In this document: positions 18,279 through 27,731 of the stretch, piece by piece
How positions within the stretch are numbered: the stretch's first letter is position 1
Layout of the letters: each line of letters starts with the position of its first letter
DNA from: a virus
Taxonomy: Duplodnaviria; Caudoviricetes
Virus record (IMG/VR): IMGVR_UViG_3300033067_000845
Span: 1-37,312 of that record
Length of the DNA stretch: 37,312 nucleotides
Direction: 5' to 3' (one strand)
Notes under the pieces: generated by a model
The model's input: the letters and a program-made list of their open reading frames with translations, nothing else
Told to the model about the DNA's origin: nothing
Database searches by the model: none
Program-made: the position numbers and the translations under genes

Positions 18279-19880
18279 ATGGTTCAATCATTTGATGAAT
18301 GGAAAAATTCACAAGGTCAAACACAAGTCACCAATAGTGGCTCTGTTAAGCCTGTAAAAGTTCAGTCATTTGATGAGTGGAAATCGTCTCAGCCAGCGCC
18401 TGAACCAAAACCACAAGGATTTCTATCAAAGGCTATTGGTTTTGGTAAAGCAGCTGTTGAAGATGCCTATAAAACTGTAATAGCAAAACCAGCAACACGT
18501 CTAGCTCAAGCCGTTGCTGCGCCAATTGTTTATGGGTTTGGTAGTGAACAAACTAAAAAGAACTATGAAGATGTTGTCTCAAAGCCTATGAACATTCCAG
18601 GACCAGTATTTACCTCTGGCACCACTGTAGAGCCACAAAAAGCCTTTGGTCAAGGTGGAGCTACTCAAATAGCTTCTGATGCACTCAAGTCAGCTTCATA
18701 TCTAGCACCAGCTGGCAGAATAGAGGGTGCAGCGTCTAATCTAGTTAAGGGTGAAGTTAAAAAAGCAGCACTAGGTACTGCTGCCTCTGGAGGTATATTC
18801 GGTTTACTAGGTGGTGCAGGAAACGCTATGGCACAGGATAATCCAACAGTAGGGAATGTCGCTAAAGAAGCGGCTGTCGGAGGAGTTGTGGGAACTATAA
18901 CAGGAGGTTTATTAGGTCTTGGTGGTGGTATGTTAGCTTCTAAATTCAGGAAACCAACACCTCAACCGAAAGTAGCAGCTGCTATGGATGTTGTTAAACA
19001 AAAGAGCGTTACATCTGCCAATCCAAATTGGAATCAAGATTTACCACTGCCAGTTAATCCAAATCCTGATATTCCATATATACCAAATGAGCAATTGCCC
19101 ACTATTCAAATGGGATCTAAAGCAAAACCTTCTTTGCCAACCATTTCTATGGATGCTCCAACAAAAAAACCAATTGCGCCAAAAGGAATGAAATACGAGC
19201 CAATCAAACCGCCTGTGTCTCCACAAACTGTAGAATATCAACAACCAATTCTAAGTCGTGATAATCAAGTGCAACCGCCAACTCCACCAGTAGCATCAAC
19301 CCCAACACCAGAAATACAGCCACAACAAATTCCAACAACTTCCAAACTAACCCCAGTACAAGGTACTGGTGAATTAAATGTTAGAGGTCTAGCTAAGTCT
19401 CTTGAAGATAAGTTACAGAAAACTCTTGGTAATTTACCTGAGTATAATGTCGTTGGTAATGAGGGTCAATTTAAGAATGTTGCTGAAATAGCATCTACTG
19501 ACATAGAAAGAGCTAAAAGAATAGCTCTTGGACAAGAAGCTCCTCCACAAGGAACATATCCAGAGGCTTTTTATGTTGCTATGGCAGAAAGAGCGAAGAA
19601 TGATCCTGCTCTAGCGTTAAGTCTAGGTAAGAGTTCTGCATTGATTGAAGATGCCACAGTTATGGGTCAAAGACTGCAATTATTGAGCAATCTTAATCCA
19701 GATTCACCAGTAAACGTTATTAGAGATATTCAGAAGACTTTTGATAGCGCTGCAACTAAAAAATATGGTAATATTAATTCAGCTAAAAAGGCAGTTATTA
19801 ATGAAATAGATGCAGTTGTTAAAAAGTCCACACCAAAAGTCGAGGATTGGAACTCATTTATAACATCAATAACTTGTTAA
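18279..19880 (+). CDS. Putative ejection protein with glycine-zipper segment
   Basis: VQSFDEWK twice, GxxxG hydrophobic tract, Pro-rich linker. Confidence 0.6.
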   Translation: MVQSFDEWKNSQGQTQVTNSGSVKPVKVQSFDEWKSSQPAPEPKPQGFLSKAIGFGKAAVEDAYKTVIAKPATRLAQAVAAPIVYGFGSEQTKKNYEDVVSKPMNIPGPVFTSGTTVEPQKAFGQGGATQIASDALKSASYLAPAGRIEGAASNLVKGEVKKAALGTAASGGIFGLLGGAGNAMAQDNPTVGNVAKEAAVGGVVGTITGGLLGLGGGMLASKFRKPTPQPKVAAAMDVVKQKSVTSANPNWNQDLPLPVNPNPDIPYIPNEQLPTIQMGSKAKPSLPTISMDAPTKKPIAPKGMKYEPIKPPVSPQTVEYQQPILSRDNQVQPPTPPVASTPTPEIQPQQIPTTSKLTPVQGTGELNVRGLAKSLEDKLQKTLGNLPEYNVVGNEGQFKNVAEIASTDIERAKRIALGQEAPPQGTYPEAFYVAMAERAKNDPALALSLGKSSALIEDATVMGQRLQLLSNLNPDSPVNVIRDIQKTFDSAATKKYGNINSAKKAVINEIDAVVKKSTPKVEDWNSFITSITC

Positions 19881-19884
19881 ACAT

Positions 19885-21579
19885 ATGGCATATTGTCTAC
19901 CAAAATTCGCAGCAGATGTATTTAAGCAAAAATTAGTATCGGGTGAAATTAATCCTGATAAGTTAGCGTCTTTAACATCTGAAGAAAGAAATTCATTCTT
20001 CTCATCATTTCTTGGAGAAGCTAATGCAAAAAATGTTAATACTCTATTTGAATCTAAGTTATTATTGAAAAACCAACAGAGTGGAATGATTGAGTGGGCT
20101 AAAACTGTTGGTGGTATGAAACCAGAAGCGTTGCGAGATTTTGTTGATAGAGTCAATAAAATGACTGAGGTACTAAATCCTACAAATAAACAGTCTTTCT
20201 TGGAGGATTTGGCTGCTCATAAATTAGGAATTAAGACAGTAAGTCTTGAGGAGGCTACTAAGATAACTCAATTGGCTGAAAAGGTAGCAGAAGCCAAAAA
20301 GGCTATGGAAGGTGGTCCTAGAAGAGTCGACGGCGTGGCTACTGAATCTGAATTAGCTTATGGAAAATTAAGGACTGAGTTTTCTAATTATGTTGCTGAT
20401 CTTAAATTAAAGGCTAATCAGATGACCATAATGGAGAGACTGCAGCCACAAAATCTTGGTCAGAATGTAGTTGATCTTGCTGGTACAACAAAAGCTCTAA
20501 AAGCGTCATTTGATAATAGTGCTATCGGTAGGCAAGGTTGGAAGGTGATGATGACCAATCCTAAAATATGGATGGAAAATTCAGTTAAGTCATTTGCTGA
20601 TTTGGCTAATCAAATAGGCGATAAGCCTGTAATGGATTTGGTTAACGCAGATATTGTGTCTAGACCAAACTATTCACTGATGCAGAAAGCTAAACTAGCT
20701 GTTGGTACACTTGAAGAAGCATACCCAACACACATATTAGAGAAAGTCCCTGTATTGGGTCGCCTATACAAAGCGTCTCAAACGGCTTATGAAGCATTTA
20801 TGTATCGAACACGAGCGGATCTATTTGATAAGTATATTGATATTGCTCAAAAAAGTGGTGTAGATATAAGTGATAAGGTACAACTAGAGTCTATCGGACG
20901 AATGGTCAATTCTCTTACAGGTAGAGGTCAGTTAGGTGCTGCTGAAAAGGTGGCTGTTCCATTAAACAATATATTCTTCTCTCCACGAAATTTAATGAGT
21001 CATATTGACATATTAACGGCTGCTCAGTTCCAGAAAGGTGTTACGCCTTTCGTAAGGAAGCAAGCAGCTATTAATCTATTAAAAATAATTGGTGGTACGG
21101 CATTAGTTTTAGGTGGAGCAAAAGCATTTATTCCAGATAGTGTTGAATTTGATCCAAGAAGTGCTGATTTTGGAAAGATAAAGATTGGGGATACTAGATT
21201 TGATGTGTCTGGAGGTATGGCATCAGTTATCACATTGGCGGCTAGATTGATAACTAATTCATCAAAAAGTAGTACAACCAAGAAGATTACTGAATTAAAT
21301 TCAGGTAAATATGGTTCACAAACAAAAGCAGATGTTTTGTTGAACTTTACAATGAATAAATTATCTCCACTTGCAGCCATTATCAGGGATAATTGGATAA
21401 CGGGTAGAGATTTTCAAGGCAATAAGCCAACAGTCGGTAGTAATTTAAAAAATTTATTAGCACCACTACCTTATACAAACTATGAAGAATTAAAGAATAA
21501 CCCAAATTCAGCACCGATGCTTGTTGCAATGATTGCTGATGCGCTAGGTATAGGTACAAACACTTATAGAAAAAAATAA
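19885..21579 (+). CDS. Putative ejection/large polyvalent-type helical protein
   Basis: 564 aa helical; [18 protein letters not shown] and NKLSP..GRDFQG motifs seen at the C-termini of large internal virion proteins. Confidence 0.65.
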   Translation: MAYCLPKFAADVFKQKLVSGEINPDKLASLTSEERNSFFSSFLGEANAKNVNTLFESKLLLKNQQSGMIEWAKTVGGMKPEALRDFVDRVNKMTEVLNPTNKQSFLEDLAAHKLGIKTVSLEEATKITQLAEKVAEAKKAMEGGPRRVDGVATESELAYGKLRTEFSNYVADLKLKANQMTIMERLQPQNLGQNVVDLAGTTKALKASFDNSAIGRQGWKVMMTNPKIWMENSVKSFADLANQIGDKPVMDLVNADIVSRPNYSLMQKAKLAVGTLEEAYPTHILEKVPVLGRLYKASQTAYEAFMYRTRADLFDKYIDIAQKSGVDISDKVQLESIGRMVNSLTGRGQLGAAEKVAVPLNNIFFSPRNLMSHIDILTAAQFQKGVTPFVRKQAAINLLKIIGGTALVLGGAKAFIPDSVEFDPRSADFGKIKIGDTRFDVSGGMASVITLAARLITNSSKSSTTKKITELNSGKYGSQTKADVLLNFTMNKLSPLAAIIRDNWITGRDFQGNKPTVGSNLKNLLAPLPYTNYEELKNNPNSAPMLVAMIADALGIGTNTYRKK

Positions 21580-22718
21580 TGAAAAGAACTATCCATACAA
21601 CTCCAGAGGAAATAAGGACACATAATTCAGATGTGCTGGTATCTACAGTACAGTCATCTATAGCTAGATCAGACGACAATTCTAATAAAATTATTAATGC
21701 TATTTCAAAAAACAATAATAGAGATAAACTAGAGGAGATAAAAAGTGCTAGTTTAATAACAAACAAAAAGCTCGATAAAATATCTAAAGGAATAAAAGTA
21801 GAAATTGATGGAGCAGAAGTTATAACTATTAAAGGTAAAGATGGTCAAAAACCAGTCAAAGGTGTTGATTACTATACTCCAGAAGAGGTGGCTCAGATAA
21901 AGTTTGAGGTAACTCCAATAAAGGGAATAGATTATAATGATGGTCAGAGCATTGTTGGACCTCAAGGACCACGTGGAGAAACTGGACCACAGGGTATACA
22001 GGGACCAATTGGTTTACAGGGACCACGTGGAGAAACTGGACCTCAAGGACCCGCTGGACCAAACGGATCACCAGACACACCAGAAGATGTTGTTGAAAAA
22101 ATAAACATTGCAAAAAATAGAATATCTTGGAAACAAATTAAAGATGCTCCAGATATACCAAGTTTTGATACAATGAATCAGACTGGTTATGCTTCTGGTG
22201 GAGCTAATCAATTGAGATTGTTGTCAAGTGGAAATTTAATTTCTGCATATGTTACAGAAATAAATTTTTCTACAGGTATAACACCTGTCTATAGTGGTAA
22301 TGGAAGAGTTACAGTTACAGCTAGTGGTGGCGGAGGTGGAGGATTCTCAATCGAGACTCCAACAGGTTCAGTGAATGGAAGCAATGTTACATTTACAGTG
22401 ACGCAAACACCAGTCTATATTGTGTCTGATGGAGCCACCTATTTTGATGGAGCTGGCTACACCGTAGCGGGGTTAACAGTAACAATGACTGTTGCCCCAA
22501 CATCATTTATTAGGAATTTCTATGGTGGAAGTGGAACAACTGTGGAAACACCATCAGGAACTGTAAATGGAACAAATGCCGTGTTTACAGTTACATCTAC
22601 ACCAGATTATATAGTTTCAGATGGTGCGACATATTTTGATGGTGCGGGATATACGATTGTTGGTTTGACGGTCACGATGACAGTCCCACCATCGTCATTT
22701 ATTAGGAGTTTTTATTAA
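21579..22718 (+). CDS. Collagen-like fibre protein with duplicated C-terminal domain
   Basis: (GXY)n at ~21957-22070; [13 protein letters not shown] motif; two ~57-aa ETP.G.VNG.N..FTV repeats. Confidence 0.82.
   Translation: MKRTIHTTPEEIRTHNSDVLVSTVQSSIARSDDNSNKIINAISKNNNRDKLEEIKSASLITNKKLDKISKGIKVEIDGAEVITIKGKDGQKPVKGVDYYTPEEVAQIKFEVTPIKGIDYNDGQSIVGPQGPRGETGPQGIQGPIGLQGPRGETGPQGPAGPNGSPDTPEDVVEKINIAKNRISWKQIKDAPDIPSFDTMNQTGYASGGANQLRLLSSGNLISAYVTEINFSTGITPVYSGNGRVTVTASGGGGGGFSIETPTGSVNGSNVTFTVTQTPVYIVSDGATYFDGAGYTVAGLTVTMTVAPTSFIRNFYGGSGTTVETPSGTVNGTNAVFTVTSTPDYIVSDGATYFDGAGYTIVGLTVTMTVPPSSFIRSFY
22353..22715 (+). repeat. Intragenic domain duplication (2 x ~171 bp)
   Basis: 22353-22523 and 22545-22715 both encode ...[16 protein letters not shown]...FIR.FY, with many synonymous differences. 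Confidence 0.85.
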
Positions 22719-22731
22719 TAATTAATTAAAC

Positions 22732-24558
22732 ATGAAAAAAATATTACTTACAATTTTAGCAGCAATAGCATTAAGTCCACTTACAGCAAGCGCAATACCA
22801 GTTACTGTACCATCAGCAACAGCTCCAGGGGACATCCTTTATGGATTGTCCTCTGGACAATATACAATATTACCAATAGGTGCAAATGGTAAATGTCTAG
22901 GTGTTTCTGCTAGTTTGCCAGCATATATTACATGTGCATCTGGATCAGGAACATGGTCAACAACAACCTCAACTGTAGCAGGTCAATTAGTAAACTATCC
23001 AAACAACGATACTGATGTTGTGACTATTGGTGCAAACTCAACAACAACAGCAGAGTTTTTCTTTAACCCTAATACTAATAGGTTTATAGTTGCTTCAGGT
23101 AGTGTGGGTATAGGTACAGCACTTCCAACAGATATTCTTCATATCGTTGGTGGAGATTTTAGAATTGCAAAATCTAATTCAGTTGCGGATTCAATAACTA
23201 ATAATATTAACTTTGTTAATACAAATGTTACATTAAACCCACTTGCAGCTATTTCAGTAAGAACAGGTGCGACAACAGCTAACTCAAATCTTATATTCCA
23301 AACAGCCAATTCTGGAACACCAGCGGAGGTTGTAAGAATAACAGGTGCGGGAAACCTAGCTATTGGTACAACAACAGCTCCGTCATCACTTACAATAAAC
23401 AGCAGTGCAGCAGGAAGTGCAGCCGTTGCTCAATTTGGAAGGTCTGGTGCTGGATTAGGTAGAACATACGATATTGGAATAAATAATATACTTACAGGCT
23501 CAACAGTAGACGCCATTCACTCAATTACAGCTCCTGGTGTTAGTGGAGGTCATGTATTTAATGTTTCAAATGCAGGTGTATCAACTTATGCCGTTGGTAT
23601 AAGCAAAGATGGAAATCTTGCAGTAGCTACAACAGCACCTGCTGCCAGAATACATGTTCAAGGGACAGACGGCGGAACTTATCCATTTGCTATAAGCGGT
23701 AATTCAAAAGGAATGAGAACAGTTTTGAGTTCAACAGGAATAGCCTTGCAGGGAGTGGACACAACCTTAGTTGCTTCTTATCAGCCTATTAGTCTAGATG
23801 GTTCAGTAGTCACAATCAAATCAGGTGGAACTACAGAAGCTATTAAGGTTGATTCAAATCAGAACATTGGATTGGGTAGTACTACTCCTGGAACTTCGCT
23901 TGCAATCGGAAATACGGGTGCAAATACAATCAATATTTCAACTACAGCCACATCAACATTTGGTAGCGGAATAAATCTAAGAAGCGGTTGTTTTGCGGTC
24001 GGTGGAGTATGTATTACAGGTGGAGGCGGTGGAGGTTCATCAGGTCCAGTTACAACAACACTTGAGGCGGATTGCGAGCCACAGACCGATTCAACAGATT
24101 TTGCTCCAGGTGGTGCGTATTGGCAACCTATATACGGCTTTACAATGACTAACGCTACATCATCAAGACTGTTGTGCAATGTGGCAATACCAGCAAATCT
24201 AGCAACAACACCTAACATTTCAATCTTGCCACAAATCACAGCTACAGGTACACCAAGTACAGGTATTGCGGTGGTTGATGTTACGGCTACAACAACAAGA
24301 TTGGGACAGAACTGGTACACAACAAGATTTACAGATGTTCATACAGCCTCTACAACAGCTGCAAAGAGATTCCAGCTAACAACAGGTACATCACTACCGC
24401 TTAACTCAACAACAACAATTACCCTAGCAGGATTAGTTACAGTAACCGCTGGCGATATTCTAAAGTTTGAGATTACACGATACGGAGCAGACGCAAATGA
24501 CACAGTAGACAACGATATATTTATTCCAAAAGTATTAGTACAATTAGATACAAACTAA
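22732..24558 (+). CDS. Signal-peptide-bearing fibre/adhesin-like protein (GIGT/ATST repeats)
   Basis: MKKILLTILAAIALSPLTASA (n/h/AxA); GSVGIGT, GNLAIGTTT and NIGLGSTTP repeats; TATSTFGSGINLRSGCFAVGGVC. Confidence 0.8.
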   Translation: MKKILLTILAAIALSPLTASAIPVTVPSATAPGDILYGLSSGQYTILPIGANGKCLGVSASLPAYITCASGSGTWSTTTSTVAGQLVNYPNNDTDVVTIGANSTTTAEFFFNPNTNRFIVASGSVGIGTALPTDILHIVGGDFRIAKSNSVADSITNNINFVNTNVTLNPLAAISVRTGATTANSNLIFQTANSGTPAEVVRITGAGNLAIGTTTAPSSLTINSSAAGSAAVAQFGRSGAGLGRTYDIGINNILTGSTVDAIHSITAPGVSGGHVFNVSNAGVSTYAVGISKDGNLAVATTAPAARIHVQGTDGGTYPFAISGNSKGMRTVLSSTGIALQGVDTTLVASYQPISLDGSVVTIKSGGTTEAIKVDSNQNIGLGSTTPGTSLAIGNTGANTINISTTATSTFGSGINLRSGCFAVGGVCITGGGGGGSSGPVTTTLEADCEPQTDSTDFAPGGAYWQPIYGFTMTNATSSRLLCNVAIPANLATTPNISILPQITATGTPSTGIAVVDVTATTTRLGQNWYTTRFTDVHTASTTAAKRFQLTTGTSLPLNSTTTITLAGLVTVTAGDILKFEITRYGADANDTVDNDIFIPKVLVQLDTN

Positions 24559-25280
24559 TGAAAAAACTACTATTAACAATAGCAATATTCCTAGCGATAC
24601 CAGTAACATCACATGCTGTTAGGTTTGACGGTGTTGATGATGGTGTAACTATAGGAAACATTTCCGCATTACACGCTTCATCTTCTGATTTAACTATATC
24701 GGTATGGATAAAACCTAATGACCTTACTGCTGGAACTAGAGGCGTATTTGGAATGAGTGGTCTTGGTGCTGGAGTTGTGCCTTATATGATTGAATTCAAT
24801 CGAACTTCAGCAAGATTCAGCTACACTCAAGTCGGAACTGGAATAGGAACACCAACACTCACAAATACAAGCAACTTAACACTTGGGCAATGGCAACACA
24901 TTGTTGTAACCAGAAGATTTAATTCAGCTGTTGATTGGACAGTTGCTATGTATCTTAATGGGCGACCGAGTGGTAGTGGAACTATTGCTCGTTCGGGAGG
25001 CACAAGTCAGATTTTGGCAATTGGAAGATATGGAGGGCATACTCTGTACTTTAATGGTGAGATTGCAGATGCTAGAATATATAATAGAGTTTTTTCACCT
25101 CAAGAGGTGACCGCCCTATACAACGGCTACGAGACCTATAACGGCTTAATGGCTCGTTGGGTATTAGATGGCAATTCATTACCATTTGTGCCAAGTGGAA
25201 ATGGAAAATTTAACGGAACAGCAACTGGTGGTGCGTTAAAAGCAACGCTACCAGAAAGATTAAAATTATTTAATAAATAA
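24558..25280 (+). CDS. Signal-peptide-bearing LamG domain protein
   Basis: MKKLLLTIAIFLAIPVTSHA; FDGVDD, TISVWIKP, WQHIVVT, MYLNG, FNGEIADARIYNRV. Confidence 0.88.
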   Translation: MKKLLLTIAIFLAIPVTSHAVRFDGVDDGVTIGNISALHASSSDLTISVWIKPNDLTAGTRGVFGMSGLGAGVVPYMIEFNRTSARFSYTQVGTGIGTPTLTNTSNLTLGQWQHIVVTRRFNSAVDWTVAMYLNGRPSGSGTIARSGGTSQILAIGRYGGHTLYFNGEIADARIYNRVFSPQEVTALYNGYETYNGLMARWVLDGNSLPFVPSGNGKFNGTATGGALKATLPERLKLFNK

Positions 25281-25284
25281 CAAC

Positions 25285-25668
25285 ATGGAAACAATACAAC
25301 CAAACACAAACGCAGATATCACAGTAGCAACAGCAATAGAAGTAGTAGATACACACACAGCAAAAGAAATTAAGACAGAAACAATTGTCACAGAGACAAT
25401 AATTGACTTAGAAAGTATTGCTAAGGATATTGAAGCTACGCAGTCAGCTATAGCTGGACTAGAAGCCTACAAGACAGAAGAGATTGCTAGTAGAAACGCA
25501 GATATTGCTCGCTTTACTCAATTACAAGACGAAAAGATTGCAGAGCTACAAGCAACACTAACATCACTACAGGCTAAGGTAGTAGAGCTTAAATCAAAGG
25601 GTATTCAAGAAAAGCCAGAGCCAGTTATTCCTATACCTGCAGAGGAATTACCAGTTAATCCAGTATAG
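25285..25668 (+). CDS. Acidic coiled-coil hypothetical protein (possible fibre chaperone)
   Basis: ORF track; composition and position. Confidence 0.65.
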   Translation: METIQPNTNADITVATAIEVVDTHTAKEIKTETIVTETIIDLESIAKDIEATQSAIAGLEAYKTEEIASRNADIARFTQLQDEKIAELQATLTSLQAKVVELKSKGIQEKPEPVIPIPAEELPVNPV

Positions 25669-25670
25669 TC

Positions 25671-26012
25671 ATGAATCATTCTGAATTAAAACAAATTAAA
25701 ACAGAATTAAACCCTATGATTGACGACAAAGTTAGACAATCAACTGATTCAACTACACGAGCCTTAACAGAGGTAATACGAAGTCTACAATTAGATTCAA
25801 AGGATAGCAAGGAAAAACTAGATACTTTTATTGAGGAAATGAGTAAGCATATAAAAAGAGTAGAGCCAGTTATTCTATCTTGGGAAGAGAATCAGATCTT
25901 TCTGTCAGAACTTAAGAAAAGAGGTGGTTGGATTATATACATTGCTTCTGCGGTGGCGGTTATTTCTACAGCTTGGTTTGTTATTAAAAATTGGCTAATT
26001 GCATTGAGATGA
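25671..26012 (+). CDS. Membrane protein of the lysis module (coiled coil + C-terminal TM)
   Basis: C-terminal WIIYIASAVAVISTAWFVI; ATGA-coupled to the next gene. Confidence 0.65.
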   Translation: MNHSELKQIKTELNPMIDDKVRQSTDSTTRALTEVIRSLQLDSKDSKEKLDTFIEEMSKHIKRVEPVILSWEENQIFLSELKKRGGWIIYIASAVAVISTAWFVIKNWLIALR

Positions 26013-26521
26013 AAAATCTACTAATATCATTACGAAAAATTTTTTACAAGACTGATGTTACGAAGCCTATTAATTGTCCAGAATATGTACCGCCAGTAGT
26101 TGAAAAAACATCTGGGGAAAAGTTATATGAGTTTTGTATGCAGTATTACAATACCGACCCTACTCCTAAAGACGAGCAACCAGATGAGTTTGCTTGCGTT
26201 CATTCAATCACCACAATATTAGATAAGTATTTTAATGGTTATCCTATCATGACTTACACGCCAACAATGCTTGAGTACATTAAGAAAGACACTAGGTTCA
26301 AGGAAACTACAGAGTTCAAGACTGGTAATATCATTATAAGCCCAACAAAGAGCGGTGCGGGGCGTATTGTTGGTCATGTAGGTATTATAGGAAAAGATGG
26401 AAAGATACTAAGTAACTCATCTTCTACAGGATTGTGGTTTGATAAGTTCGATAACATAAGCTGGATTGACAGATATAGTAGGGTGGGCGGTCTTAACATG
26501 TACATCTTTGAATTAAAGTAG
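26009..26521 (+). CDS. Putative endolysin, NlpC/P60-CHAP-like cysteine amidase/peptidase
   Basis: ACVHSITTIL (Cys) and GHVGII (His) catalytic-type motifs, G.III.P and ILSNSS; lies between two membrane genes. ATG 26009. Confidence 0.7.
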   Translation: MKNLLISLRKIFYKTDVTKPINCPEYVPPVVEKTSGEKLYEFCMQYYNTDPTPKDEQPDEFACVHSITTILDKYFNGYPIMTYTPTMLEYIKKDTRFKETTEFKTGNIIISPTKSGAGRIVGHVGIIGKDGKILSNSSSTGLWFDKFDNISWIDRYSRVGGLNMYIFELK

Positions 26522-26555
26522 TACAATATAATTATTAATTAGTTAAAAAAATAAC

Positions 26556-26771
26556 ATGGAAAACACAAGCGTTCGTTTCTCACTTAATAGCATAGATTGG
26601 AAGAAAATAGGTATTGGGGCAGTTGTAGCGGTGGTTGGTGCATTACTAACATATCTAACCCCTGTCATCACAGGGCTTGATTTAGGAGCTTGGACACCGA
26701 TCGTAGTTACATTCTGGTCAGTATTAGCTAACATAGTGAGGAAGTTTATAGCAGACTATTCGACAGAGTAG
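26556..26771 (+). CDS. Holin-like protein (2 TM)
   Basis: 71 aa, two hydrophobic helices, charged C-terminus, last gene of the late operon. Confidence 0.7.
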   Translation: MENTSVRFSLNSIDWKKIGIGAVVAVVGALLTYLTPVITGLDLGAWTPIVVTFWSVLANIVRKFIADYSTE

Positions 26772-26792
26772 TCTACTGGTAATCTAAACGAG

Positions 26793-26823
26793 AAAAGAGG
26801 GGGAACAAGTCCCTCTCTTTTTA
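26793..26823. terminator. Bidirectional intrinsic terminator between convergent arms
   Basis: AAAAGAGGGGGA-acaag-TCCCTCTCTTTTT. Confidence 0.85.
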
Positions 26824-26829
26824 TTGTAG

Positions 26830-27045
26830 TTATACGACTACAAGCGTTGCAGAATCGAATAGGCGGTTTTGCCTTGTCACCAGCTTGAATTCCATGACAT
26901 TCATTGCGTGTTCGTAGCATGTTCTGCTACAAAACACCACTTGAGTGTCTTGGCTATCTTTAAGTGTGGTGAACACCGAATTCGCGTTCCTCTCTTTCCC
27001 GCAGTTGAAGCAGGAATGGGAGACGGCGTTTGTTTTTGTGTTCAT
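26830..27045 (-). CDS. Small TRASH/MYM-type zinc-finger protein
   Basis: CFNCGKE...VFCSRTCY; ATG 27045 within track ORF 26830..27054. Confidence 0.6.
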   Translation of the reverse strand: MNTKTNAVSHSCFNCGKERNANSVFTTLKDSQDTQVVFCSRTCYEHAMNVMEFKLVTRQNRLFDSATLVVV

Positions 27046-27172
27046 GAATGTCAATTCTCCTCACTTGATGATTTTCTCCGAGCTTGTCGTTCGCACAGAT
27101 AGCGTCACAGAAGCATTGCCCCTGAACGATAACACCATGTGCAATCGGTGCCTGACAGTTGCAACAGAACAT
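26960..27172 (-). CDS. Small TRASH-like Cys-rich protein
   Basis: MFCCNCQAPI...CFCDAICA; preceded by TATAAT (27216-27211) and a DnaA-box. Confidence 0.55.
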   Translation of the reverse strand: MFCCNCQAPIAHGVIVQGQCFCDAICANDKLGENHQVRRIDIHEHKNKRRLPFLLQLREREEREFGVHHT

Positions 27173-27210
27173 AGTTTACCTTTTGTTTAATAGAACTTAC
27201 TCCGACTTTT

Positions 27211-27246
27211 ATTATACTACTATATTATTTTTTGTCCTGTGGATAA
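27211..27246 (-). promoter_or_regulatory. DnaA-box plus putative promoter for the zinc-finger pair
   Basis: Minus strand: TTATCCACA (27246-27238), weak -35 AGGACA, TATAAT (27216-27211). Confidence 0.55.
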
Positions 27247-27249
27247 ATG

Positions 27250-27274
27250 CAAAAACCGCTTTTGGCGGTTCTTG
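27250..27274 (-). terminator. Intrinsic terminator
   Basis: Minus strand AACCGC-CAAAA-GCGGTTTTT. Confidence 0.75.
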
Positions 27275-27316
27275 TTAGGGCGTAGGCATAAGCGTATCCC
27301 ATACTGGTTCTATTAT

Positions 27317-27346
27317 AACACAAAACCACACGGATTCTGTGTGGTT
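27317..27346 (-). terminator. Intrinsic terminator-like hairpin
   Basis: Minus strand AACCACAC-AGAATCC-GTGTGGTT-TTGTGTT. Confidence 0.65.
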
Positions 27347-27401
27347 AGTGTATGACAATGCCAATTCTATCACCCCGATTACAAGACTATCGTCATAGGC
27401 T

Positions 27402-27575
27402 TTAATAATCAGGCACTTGACCTGTTGGAGTACATTATTAGACTTAATAATTAATATTAAATTTATTGCCCTATTTTATATTTCTCCGCCAATTAACCCT
27501 TCGATCGGTCAAAATTGAATGGGCGAGGCTTTTATATTCAGGCAAATTCCAACAACTCAAGTGTCTGATTACTAA
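27402..27575 (-). ncRNA. Rod-like structured RNA candidate with symmetric A-rich internal loop
   Basis: 15-bp closing stem 27406-27420/27557-27571; nested TGTTGGA/TCCAACA, TTGCC/GGCAA and CGCC/GGCG stems; TTTTATATT on both sides (27474-27482, 27530-27538). Strand inferred from context. Confidence 0.55.
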
Positions 27576-27731
27576 TAGAATGTTTGTTCAGGGGTCTAGG
27601 AATTGAACCTAGCATTGCTTTGTGTACTGTCAGTGGTATATAACCTCCACCCGTACTGACCATAGCGAAAGCCCTTGCAAAGGCTTGCATTGCTGACAGC
27701 TCTGCCATATCCCCCAAACAAACATTCTATT
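27574..27731 (-). ncRNA. tRNA-like structured RNA on a 21-bp closing stem (not a canonical tRNA)
   Basis: Minus strand AATAGAATGTTTGTTTGGGGG / CCCCTGAACAAACATTCTATT (2 GU); T-arm CTAGG-TTCAATT-CCTAG; D-arm-like TGGCAGAG...AATGC; extra stems; no CCA. Confidence 0.65.

Noticed and set aside
22353-22715. Duplicated C-terminal fibre segment as a DGR template/variable repeat
   Set aside because: Both copies are in frame in one gene, differences are largely synonymous and not adenine-specific, and no reverse transcriptase is present.
3281-26734. Antisense and nested track ORFs within the virion operon (e.g. 3281-3637, 9815-10219, 12278-12913, 23859-24320)
   Set aside because: Lie opposite or inside well-supported genes and show no motifs; explained by codon bias.
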